A DNA stretch of 64,000 nt, from contig OZ059900.1 of the NCBI GenBank assembly GCA_964057225.1, forward strand, positions 8,370,001 to 8,434,000. The letters are read 5' to 3'. The translations under genes and the position numbers were made by a program. Below the pieces are notes generated by a model, which worked only from the letters and a program-made list of their open reading frames with translations, was not told the origin of the DNA and did not search any database. The DNA is from Auanema rhodensis (Eukaryota > Animalia > Nematoda). Shown here piece after piece: positions 44,101 through 57,297 of this stretch (position 1 is the stretch's first letter; every line of letters starts with the position of its first letter).

Positions 44101-47100
44101 CAGACCCTTTGAGATATGGATTTGAAATTCAGGATTCATAAACTTTGACTATTTTTACATATTTATGTCCAATTTTAACCACTTTGGTCAAAAAGGACCA
44201 AAAATATCAAGAATTATTGGTTTTTTGGGTATTGAAGGGCATTTTGGCAAAATCAGTCAAACTTTTGATCTTAAGCATATTTTTTTCTTCTAAAACGACT
44301 AAATGTATAGAATACTGTCATAGAATGTTGATATAGGTGTATTTTGCACGAATATCGAAACTGATTGAAATATGGGCCTTTTTATGCTCAAAACGCCATA
44401 TATTCAACGATTTTGGGTACAAAACATGTGAAAACTGTATGTTTTGATCAGACCCTTTGAGATATGGATTTGAAATTCAGGATTCATAAACTTTGACTAT
44501 TTTCACATATATATGTTCAATTTTAACCACTTTGGTCAAAAAGGACCGAAAATATCAAGAATTATTGGTTTTTTGGGGTTTGAAGGACATTTTGGCTAAA
44601 TCAGTCAAACTTTTGATCTTAAGCATATTTTTTTCTTCTAAAACGACTAAATGTATGAAATACTGTCATAGAATGTTCATATAGGTGTATTTTGCACGAA
44701 TATCGAAACTGATTGAAATATGGGCCTTTTTATGCTCAAAACGCCATATATTCAACGATTTTGGGTACAAAACATGTGAAAACTGTATGTTTTGATCAGA
44801 CCCTTTGAGATATGGATTTGAAATTCAGGATTCATAAACTTTGACTATTTTCACATATATATGTTCAATTTTAACCACTTTGGTCAAAAAGGACCGAAAA
44901 TATCAAGAATTATTGGTTTTTTGGGGTTTGAAGGGCATTTTGGCTAAATCAGTCAAACTTTTGATCTTAAGCATATTTTTTTCTTCTAAAACGACTAAAT
45001 GTATGAAATACTGTCATAGAATGTTCATATAGGTGTATTTTGCACGAATATCAAAACTGATTGAAATATGGGCCTTTTTATGCTCAAAACGCCATATATT
45101 CAACAATTTTGGGTACAAAACATGTGAAAACTGTATGTTTTGATCAGACCCTTTGAGATATGGATTTGAAATTCAGGATTCATAAACTGTGACTATTTTC
45201 ACATATATATGTTCAATTTTAACCACTTTGGTCAAAAAGGACCGAAAATATCAAGAATTATTGGTTTTTTGGGGTTTGAAGGGCATTTTGGCAAAATCAG
45301 ACAAACTTTTGATCTTAAGCATATTTTTTTCTTCTAAAACGACTAAATGTATGAAATACTGTCAAAGAATGTTCATATAGGTGTATTTTGCACGAATATC
45401 AAAACTGATTGAAATATGGGCCTTTTTATGCTCAAAACGCCATATATTCAACAATTTTGGGTACAAAACATGTGAAAACTGTATGTTTTGATCAGACCCT
45501 TTAAAGATATGGATTTGAAATTCAGGATTCATAAACTTCGACTATTTCTACATATATATGTCCAATTTTAACCACTTTGGTCAAAAAGGACCGAAAATAT
45601 CAAAAATTATTGGTTTCTTGGGGTTTGAAGGGCATTTTGGCAAAATCAGTCAAACTTTTGATCTTAAGCATATTTTTTTCTTCTAAAACGACTAAATGTA
45701 TGGAAGACTGTCATAGAATGTTCATATAGGTGTATTTTGCACGAATATCAAAACTGATTGAAATATGGGCCTTTTTATGCTCAAAACGCCATATATTCAA
45801 CGATTTTGGGTACAAAACATGTGAAAACTGTATGTTTTGATCAGACCCTTTGAGATATGGATTTGAAATTCAGGATTCATAAACTTTGACTATTTTCACA
45901 TATATATGTTCAATTTTAACCACTTTGGTCAAAAAGGACCGAAAATATCAAGAATTATTGGTTTTTTGGGGTTTGAAGGACTTTTTGGCTAAATCAGTCA
46001 AACTTTTGATCTTAAGCATATTTTCTTCTTCTAAAACGACTAAATGTATGAAATACTGTCATAAAATGTTCATATAGGTGTATTTTGCACGAATATCAAA
46101 ACTGATTGAAATATGGGCCTTTTTATGCTCAAAACGCCATATATTCAACGATTTTGGGTACAAAACATGTGAAAACTGTATGTTTTGATCAGACCCTTTG
46201 AGATATGGATTTGAAATTCAGGATTCATAAACTTTGACTATTTTCACATATATATGTTCAATTTTAACCACTTTGGTCAAAAAGGACCGAAAATATCAAG
46301 AATTATTGGTTTTTTGGGGTTTGAAGGGCATTTTGGCTAAATCAGTCAAACTTTTGGCATATTTTTTTCTTCTAAAACGACTAAATGTTAGGAATACTGT
46401 CATAGAATGTTGATATAGGTGTATTTTGCACGAATATCAAAACTGATTGAAATATGGGCCTTTTTATGCTCAAAACGCCATATATTCAACAATTTTGGGT
46501 ACAAAACATGTGAAAACTGTATGTTTTGATCAGACCCTTTGAGATATGGATTTGAAATTCAGGATTCATAAACTTTGACTATTTTCACATATATATGTTC
46601 AATTTTAACCACTTTGGTCAAAAAGGACCGAAAATATCAAGAATTATTGGTTTTTTGGGGTTTGAAGGACATTTTGGCTAAATCAGTCAAACTTTTGATC
46701 TTAAGCATATTTTCTTTTTCTAAAACGACTAAATGTATGAAATACTGTCATAGAATGTTCATATAGGTGTATTTTGCACGAATATCAAAACTGATTGAAA
46801 TATGGGCCTTTTTATGCTCAAAACGCCATATATTCAACGATTTTGGGTACAAAACATGTGAAAACTGTATGTTTTGATCAGACCCTTTGAGATATGGATT
46901 TGAAATTCAGGATTCATAAACTTTGACTATTTTCACATATATATGTTCAATTTTAACCACTTTGGTCAAAAAGGACCGAAAATATCAAGAATTATTGGTT
47001 TTTTGGGGTTTGAAGGACATTTTGGCTAAATCAGTCAAACTTTTGATCTTAAGCATATTTTTTTCTTCTAAAACGACTAAATGTATGAAATACTGTCATA

Positions 47101-49399
47101 GAATGTTCATATAGGTGTATTTTGCACGAATATCGAAACTGATTGAAATATGGGCCTTTTTATGCTCAAAACGCCATATATTCAACGATTTTGGGTACAA
47201 AACATGTGAAAACTGTATGTTTTGATCAGACCCTTTGAGATATGGATTTGAAATTCAGGATTCATAAACTTTGACTATTTTCACATATATATGTTCAATT
47301 TTAACCACTTTGGTCAAAAAGGACCGAAAATATCAAGAATTATTGGTTTTTTGGGGTTTGAAGGACATTTTGGCTAAATCAGTCAAACTTTTGATCTTAA
47401 GCATATTTTTTTCTTCTAAAACGACTAAATGTATGAAATACTGTCATAGAATGTTCATATAGGTGTATTTTGCACGAATATCGAAACTGATTGAAATATG
47501 GGCCTTTTTATGCTCAAAACGCCATATATTCAACGATTTTGGGTACAAAACATGTGAAAACTGTATGTTTTGATCAGACCCTTTGAGATATGGATTTGAA
47601 ATTCAGGATTCATAAACTTTGACTATTTTCACATATATATGTTCAATTTTAACCACTTTGGTCAAAAAGGACCGAAAATATCAAGAATTATTGGTTTTTT
47701 GGGGTTTGAAGGGCATTTTGGCTAAATCAGTCAAACTTTTGGCATATTTTTTTCTTCTAAAACGACTAAATGTTAGGAATACTGTCATAGAATGTTGATA
47801 TAGGTGTATTTTGCACGGATATCAAAACTGATTGAAATATGGGCCTTTTTATGCTCAAAACGCCATATATTCAACAATTTTGGGTACAAAACATGTGAAA
47901 ACTGTATGTTTTGATCAGACCCTTTGAGATATGGATTTGAAATTCAGGATTCATAAACTTTGACTATTTTCACATATATATGTTCAATTTTAACCACTTT
48001 GGTCAAAAAGGACCGAAAATATCAAGAATTATTGGTTTTTTGGGGTTTGAAGGACATTTTGGCTAAATCAGTCAAACTTTTGATCTTAAGCATATTTTCT
48101 ATTTCTAAAACGACTAAATGTATGAAATACTGTCATAAAATGTTTATATAGGTGTATTTTGCACGAATATCAAAACTGATTGAAATATGGGCCTTTTTAT
48201 GCTCAAAACGCCATATATTCAACGATTTTGGGTACAAAACATGTGAAAACTGTATGTTTTGATCAGACCCTTTGAGATATGGATTTGAAGTTCAGGATTC
48301 ATAAACTTTGACTATTTTCACATATATATGTTCAATTTTAACCACTTTGGTCAAAAAGGACCGAAAATATCAAGAATTATTGGTTTTTTGGGGTTTGAAG
48401 GGCATTTTGGCTAAATCAGTCAAACTTTTGGCATATTTTTTTCTTCTAAAACGACTAAATGTTAGGAATACTGTCATAGAATGTTGATATAGGTGTATTT
48501 TGCACGAATATCAAAACTGATTGAAATATGGGCCTTTTTATGCTCAAAACGCCATATATTCAACAATTTTGGGTACAAAACATGTGAAAACTGTATGTTT
48601 TGATCAGACCCTTTGAGATATGGATTTGAAATTCAGGATTCATAAACTTTGACTATTTTCACATATATATGTTCAATTTTAACCACTTTGGTCAAAAAGG
48701 ACCGAAAATATCAAGAATTATTGGTTTTTTGGGGTTTGAAGGACATTTTGGCTAAATCAGTCAAACTTTTGATCTTAAGCATATTTTCTTCTTCTAAAAC
48801 GACTAAATGTATGAAATACTGTCATAGAATGTTCATATAGGTGTATTTTGCACGAATATCAAAACTGATTGAAATATGGGCCTTTTTATGCTCAAAACGC
48901 CATATATTCAACAATTTTGGGTACAAAACATGTGAAAACTGTATGTTTTGATCAGACCCTTTGAGATATGGATTTGAAATTCAGGATTCATAAACTTTGA
49001 CTATTTTCACATATATATGTTCAATTTTAACCACTTTGGTCAAAAAGGACCGAAAATATCAAGAATTATTGGTTTTTTGGGGTTTGAAGGACATTTTGGC
49101 AAAATCAGTCAAACTTTTGATCTTAAGCATATTTTTTTCTTCTAAAACGACTAGATGTATGGAATACTGTCATAGAATGTTGATATAGGTGTATTTTGCA
49201 CGAATATCGAAACTGATTGAAATATGGGCCTTTTGATGCTCAAAACGCCATATATTCAACGATTTTGGGTACAAAACATGTGAAAACTGTATGTTTTGAT
49301 CAAACCCTTTGAGATATGGATTTGAAATTCAGGATTCATAAACTTCGACTATTTCTACAAATATATGTCCAATTTTAACCACTTTGGTCAAAAAGGACC

Positions 49400-52300
49400 G
49401 AAAATATCAAGAATTATTGGTTTTTTGGGGTTTGAAGGGCATTTTGGCAAAATCAGACAAACTTTTGATCTTAAGCATATTTTTTTCTTCTAAAACGACT
49501 AAATGTATGAAATACTGTCAAAGAATGTTCATATAGGTGTACTTTGCACGAATATCAAAACTGATTGAAATATGGGCCTTTTTATGCTCAAAACGCCATA
49601 TATTCAACAATTTTGGGTACAAAACATGTGAAAACTGTATGTTTTGATCAGACCCTTTGAGATATGGATTTGAAATTCAGGATTCATAAACTTCGACTAT
49701 TTCTACATATATATGTTCAATTTTAACCACTTTGGTCAAAAAGGACCGAAAATATCAAGAATTATTGGTTTTTTGGGGATTGAAGGGCATTTTGGCAAAA
49801 TCAGTCAAACTTTTGATCTTAAGCATATTTTTTTCTTCTAAAACGACTAAATGTATGGAAGACTGTCATAGAATGTTCATATAGGTGTATTTTGCACGAA
49901 TATCAAAACTGATTGAAATATGGGCCTTTTTATGCTCAAAACGCCATATATTCAACGATTTTGGGTACAAAACATGTGAAAACTGTATGTTTTGATCAGA
50001 CCCTTTGAGATATGGATTTGAAATTCAGGATTCATAAACTTTGACTATTTTCACATATATATGTTCAATTTTAACCACTTTGGTCAAAAAGGACCGAAAA
50101 TATCAAGAATTATTGGTTTTTTGGGGTTTGAAGGACATTTTGGCTAAATCAGTCAAACTTTTGATCTTAAGCATATTTTCTTCTTCTAAAACGACTAAAT
50201 GTATGAAATACTGTCATAAAATGTTCATATAGGTGTATTTTGCACGAATATCAAAACTGATTGAAATATGGGCCTTTTTATGCTCAAAACGCCATATATT
50301 CAACGATTTTGGGTACAAAACATGTGAAAACTGTATGTTTTGATCAGACCCTTTGAGATATGGATTTGAAATTCAGGATTCATAAACTTTGACTATTTTC
50401 ACATATATATGTTCAATTTTAACCACTTTGGTCAAAAAGGACCGAAAATATCAAGAATTATTGGTTTTTTGGGGTTTGAAGGGCATTTTGGCTAAATCAG
50501 TCAAACTTTTGGCATATTTTTTTCTTCTAAAACGACTAAATGTTAGGAACACTGTCATAGAATGTTGATATAGGTGTATTTTGCACGAATATCAAAACTG
50601 ATTGAAATATGGGCCTTTTTATGCTCAAAACGCCATATATTCAACAATTTTGGGTACAAAACATGTGAAAACTGTATGTTTTGATCAGACCCTTTGAGAT
50701 ATGGATTTGAAATTCAGGATTCATAAACTTTGACTATTTTCACATATATATGTTCAATTTTAACCACTTTGGTCAAAAAGGACCGAAAATATCAAGAATT
50801 ATTGGTTTTTTGGGGTTTGAAGGACATTTTGGCTAAATCAGTCAAACTTTTGATCTTAAGCATATTTTCTTCTTCTAAAACGACTAAATGTATGAAATAC
50901 TGTCAAAGATTGTTCATATAGGTGTATTTTGCACGAATATCAAAACTGATTGAAATATGGGCCTTTTTATGCTCAAAACGCCATATATTCAACGATTTTG
51001 GGTACAAAACATGTGAAAACTGTATGTTTTGATCAGACCCTTTGAGATATGGATTTGAAATTCAGGATTCATAAACTTTGACTATTTTCACATATATATG
51101 TTCAATTTTAACCACTTTGGTCAAAAAGGACCGAAAATATCAAGAATTATTGGTTTTTTGGGGTTTGAAGGGCATTTTGGCAAAATCAGACAAACTTTTG
51201 ATCTTAAGCATATTTTTTTCTTCTAAAACGACTAAATGTATGAAATACTGTCAAAGAATGTTCATATAGGTGTACTTTGCACGAATATCAAAACTGATTG
51301 AAATATGGGCCTTTTTATGCTCAAAACGCCATATATTCAACAATTTTGGGTACAAAACATGTGAAAACTGTATGTTTTGATCAGACCCTTTGAGATATGG
51401 ATTTGAAATTCAGGATTCATAAACTTCGACTATTTCTACATATATATGTTCAATTTTAACCACTTTGGTCAAAAAGGACCGAAAATATCAAGAATTATTG
51501 GTTTTTTGGGGATTGAAGGGCATTTTGGCAAAATCAGTCAAACTTTTGATCTTAAGCATATTTTTTTCTTCTAAAACGACTAAATGTATGGAAGACTGTC
51601 ATAGAATGTTCATATAGGTGTATTTTGCACGAATATCAAAACTGATTGAAATATGGGCCTTTTTATGCTCAAAACGCCATATATTCAACGATTTTGGGTA
51701 CAAAACATGTGAAAACTGTATGTTTTGATCAGACCCTTTGAGATATGGATTTGAAATTCAGGATTCATAAACTTTGACTATTTTCACATATATATGTTCA
51801 ATTTTAACCACTTTGGTCAAAAAGGACCGAAAATATCAAGAATTATTGGTTTTTTGGGGTTTGAAGGACATTTTGGCTAAATCAGTCAAACTTTTGATCT
51901 TAAGCATATTTTCTTCTTCTAAAACGACTAAATGTATGAAATACTGTCATAAAATGTTCATATAGGTGTATTTTGCACGAATATCAAAACTGATTGAAAT
52001 ATGGGCCTTTTTATGCTCAAAACGCCATATATTCAACGATTTTGGGTACAAAACATGTGAAAACTGTATGTTTTGATCAGACCCTTTGAGATATGGATTT
52101 GAAATTCAGGATTCATAAACTTTGACTATTTTCACATATATATGTTCAATTTTAACCACTTTGGTCAAAAAGGACCGAAAATATCAAGAATTATTGGTTT
52201 TTTGGGGTTTGAAGGGCATTTTGGCTAAATCAGTCAAACTTTTGGCATATTTTTTTCTTCTAAAACGACTAAATGTTAGGAACACTGTCATAGAATGTTG

Positions 52301-52865
52301 ATATAGGTGTATTTTGCACGAATATCAAAACTGATTGAAATATGGGCCTTTTTATGCTCAAAACGCCATATATTCAACAATTTTGGGTACAAAACATGTG
52401 AAAACTGTATGTTTTGATCAGACCCTTTGAGATATGGATTTGAAATTCAGGATTCATAAACTTTGACTATTTTCACATATATATGTTCAATTTTAACCAC
52501 TTTGGTCAAAAAGGACCGAAAATATCAAGAATTATTGGTTTTTTGGGGTTTGAAGGACATTTTGGCTAAATCAGTCAAACTTTTGATCTTAAGCATATTT
52601 TCTTCTTCTAAAACGACTAAATGTATGAAATACTGTCAAAGATTGTTCATATAGGTGTATTTTGCACGAATATCAAAACTGATTGAAATATGGGCCTTTT
52701 TATGCTCAAAACGCCATATATTCAACGATTTTGGGTACAAAACATGTGAAAACTGTATGTTTTGATCAGACCCTTTGAGATATGGATTTGAAATTCAGGA
52801 TTCATAAACTTTGACTATTTTCACATATATATGTTCAATTTTAACCACTTTGGTCAAAAAGGACC
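49400..52865 (+). repeat. 5-mer higher-order repeat (1733 bp x2; boundaries approximate)
   Basis: Private variants gtactttg, ggaacactg and aaagattg each occur twice, 1733 bp apart (= 5x348-7). ORFs 50041/51774 and 50730/52463. Confidence 0.9.
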
Positions 52866-55800
52866 GAAAATATCAAGAATTATTGGTTTTTTGGGGTTTG
52901 AAGGACATTTTGGCTAAATCAGTCAAACTTTTGATCTTAAGCATATTTTTTTCTTCTAAAACGACTAAATGTATGAAATACTGTCATAGAATGTTCATAT
53001 AGGTGTATTTTGCACGAATATCGAAACTGATTGAAATATGGGCCTTTTTATGCTCAAAACGCCATATATTCAACGATTTTGGGTACAAAACATGTGAAAA
53101 CTGTATGTTTTGATCAGACCCTTTGAGATATGGATTTGAAATTCAGGATTCATAAACTTTGACTATTTTCACATATATATGTTCAATTTTAACCACTTTG
53201 GTCAAAAAGGACCGAAAATATCAAGAATTATTGGTTTTTTGGGGTTTGAAGGACATTTTGGCTAAATCAGTCAAACTTTTGATCTTAAGCATATTTTTTT
53301 CTTCTAAAACGACTAAATGTATGAAATACTGTCATAGAATGTTCATATAGGTGTATTTTGCACGAATATCGAAACTGATTGAAATATGGGCCTTTTTATG
53401 CTCAAAACGCCATATATTCAACGATTTTGGGTACAAAACATGTGAAAACTGTATGTTTTGATCAGACCCTTTGAGATATGGATTTGAAATTCAGGATTCA
53501 TAAACTTTGACTATTTTCACATATATATGTTCAATTTTAACCACTTTGGTCAAAAAGGACCGAAAATATCAAGAATTATTGGTTTTTTGGGGTTTGAAGG
53601 GCATTTTGGCTAAATCAGTCAAACTTTTGGCATATTTTTTTCTTCTAAAACGACTAAATGTTAGGAATACTGTCATAGAATGTTGATATAGGTGTATTTT
53701 GCACGGATATCAAAACTGATTGAAATATGGGCCTTTTTATGCTCAAAACGCCATATATTCAACAATTTTGGGTACAAAACATGTGAAAACTGTATGTTTT
53801 GATCAGACCCTTTGAGATATGGATTTGAAATTCAGGATTCATAAACTTTGACTATTTTCACATATATATGTTCAATTTTAACCACTTTGGTCAAAAAGGA
53901 CCGAAAATATCAAGAATTATTGGTTTTTTGGGGTTTGAAGGACATTTTGGCTAAATCAGTCAAACTTTTGATCTTAAGCATATTTTCTTCTTCTAAAACG
54001 ACTAAATGTATGAAATACTGTCATAAAATGTTCATATAGGTGTATTTTGCACGAATATCAAAACTGATTGAAATATGGGCCTTTTTATGCTCAAAACGCC
54101 ATATATTCAACGATTTTGGGTACAAAACATGTGAAAACTGTATGTTTTGATCAGACCCTTTGAGATATGGATTTGAAATTCAGGATTCATAAACTTTGAC
54201 TATTTTCACATATATATGTTCAATTTTAACCACTTTGGTCAAAAAGGACCGAAAATATCAAGAATTATTGGTTTTTTGGGGTTTGAAGGACATTTTGGCT
54301 AAATCAGTCAAACTTTTGATCTTAAGCATATTTTTTTCTTCTAAAACGACTAAATGTATGAAATACTGTTATAGAATGTTCATATAGGTGTATTTTGCAC
54401 GAATATCGAAACTGATTGAAATATGGGCCTTTTTATGCTCAAAACGCCATATATTCAACGATTTTGGGTACAAAACATGTGAAAACTGTATGTTTTGATC
54501 AGACCCTTTGAGATATGGATTTGAAATTCAGGATTCATAAACTTTGACTATTTTCACATATATATGTTCAATTTTAACCACTTTGGTCAAAAAGGACCGA
54601 AAATATCAAGAATTATTGGTTTTTTGGGGTTTGAAGGACATTTTGGCTAAATCAGTCAAACTTTTGGCATATTTTTTTCTTCTAAAACGACTAAATGTTA
54701 GGAATACTGTCATAGAATGTTGATATAGGTGTATTTTGCACGGATATCAAAACTGATTGAAATATGGGCCTTTTTATGCTCAAAACGCCATATATTCAAC
54801 AATTTTGGGTACAAAACATGTGAAAACTGTATGTTTTGATCAGACCCTTTGAGATATGGATTTGAAATTCAGGATTCATAAACTTTGACTATTTTCACAT
54901 ATATATGTTCAATTTTAACCACTTTGGTCAAAAAGGACCGAAAATATCAAGAATTATTGGTTTTTTGGGGTTTGAAGGACATTTTGGCTAAATCAGTCAA
55001 ACTTTTGATCTTAAGCATATTTTCTTCTTCTAAAACGACTAAATGTATGAAATACTGTCATAAAATGTTCATATAGGTGTATTTTGCACGAATATCAAAA
55101 CTGATTGAAATATGGGCCTTTTTATGCTCAAAACGCCATATATTCAACGATTTTGGGTACAAAACATGTGAAAACTGTATGTTTTGATCAGACCCTTTGA
55201 GATATGGATTTGAAATTCAGGATTCATAAACTTTGACTATTTTCACATATATATGTTCAATTTTAACCACTTTGGTCAAAAAGGACCGAAAATATCAAGA
55301 ATTATTGGTTTTTTGGGGTTTGAAGGGCATTTTGGCTAAATCAGTCAAACTTTTGGCATATTTTTTTCTTCTAAAACGACTAAATGTTAGGAATACTGTC
55401 ATAGAATGTTGATATAGGTGTATTTTGCACGAATATCAAAACTGATTGAAATATGGGCCTTTTTATGCTCAAAACGCCATATATTCAACAATTTTGGGTA
55501 CAAAACATGTGAAAACTGTATGTTTTGATCAGACCCTTTGAGATATGGATTTGAAATTCAGGATTCATAAACTTTGACTATTTTCACATATATATGTTCA
55601 ATTTTAACCACTTTGGTCAAAAAGGACCGAAAATATCAAGAATTATTGGTTTTTTGGGGTTTGAAGGACATTTTGGCTAAATCAGTCAAACTTTTGATCT
55701 TAAGCATATTTTCTTCTTCTAAAACGACTAAATGTATGAAATACTGTCATAGAATGTTCATATAGGTGTATTTTGCACGAATATCAAAACTGATTGAAAT

Positions 55801-57297
55801 ATGGGCCTTTTTATGCTCAAAACGCCATATATTCAACGATTTTGGGTACAAAACATGTGAAAACTGTATGTTTTGATCAGACCCTTTGAGATATGGATTT
55901 GAAATTCAGGATTCATAAACTTTGACTATTTTCACATATATATGTTCAATTTTAACCACTTTGGTCAAAAAGGACCGAAAATATCAAGAATTATTGGTTT
56001 TTTGGGGTTTGAAGGACATTTTTGCTAAATCAGTCAAACTTTTGATCTTAAGCATATTTTTTTCTTCTAAAACGACTAAATGTATGAAATACTGTCATAG
56101 AATGTTCATATAGGTGTATTTTGCACGAATATCAAAACTGATTGAAATATGGGCCTTTTTATGCTCAAAACGCCATATATTCAACGATTTTGGGTACAAA
56201 ACATGTGAAAACTGTATGTTTTGATCAGACCCTTTGAGATATGGATTAGAAATTCAGGATTTATAAACTTTGACTATTTTTACATATATATGTTCAATTT
56301 TAACCACTTTGGTCAAAAAGGACCGAAAATATCAAGAATTATTGGTTTTTTGGGGATTGAAGGGCATTTTGGCAAAATCAGTCAAACTTTTGATCTTAAG
56401 CATATTTTTTTCTTCTAAAACGACTAGATGTATGGAATACTGTCATAGAATGTTGATATAGGTGTATTTTGCACGAATATCGAAACTGATTGAAATATGG
56501 GCCTTTTTATGCTCAAAACGCCATATATTCAACGATTTTGGGTACAAAACATGTGAAAACTGTATGTTTTGATCAAACCCTTTGAGATATGGATTTGAAA
56601 TTCAGGATTCATAAACTTCGACTATTTCTACAAATATATGTCCAATTTTAACCACTTTGGTCAAAAAGGACCGAAAATATCAAGAATTATTGGTTTTTTG
56701 GGGTTTGAAGGGCATTTTGGCAAAATCAGACAAACTTTTGATCTTAAGCATATTTTTTTCTTCTAAAACGACTAAATGTATGAAATACTGTCAAAGAATG
56801 TTCATATAGGTGTATTTTGCACGAATATCAAAACTGATTGAAATATGGGCCTTTTTATGCTCAAAACGCCATATATTCAACAATTTTGGGTACAAAACAT
56901 GTGAAAACTGTATGTTTTGATCAGACCCTTTAAAGATATGGATTTGAAATTCAGGATTCATAAACTTCGACTATTTCTACATATATATGTCCAATTTTAA
57001 CCACTTTGGTCAAAAAGGACCGAAAATATCAAAAATTATTGGTTTCTTGGGGTTTGAAGGGCATTTTGGCAAAATCAGTCAAACTTTTGATCTTAAGCAT
57101 ATTTTTTTCTTCTAAAACGACTAAATGTTAGGAATACTGTCATAGAATGTTGATATAGGTGTATTTTGCACGAATATCAAAACTGATTGAAATATGGGCC
57201 TTTTTATGCTCAAAACGCCATATATTCAACGATTTTGGGTACAAAACATGTGAAAACTGTATGTTTTGATCAGACCCTTTGAGATATGGATTTGAAA

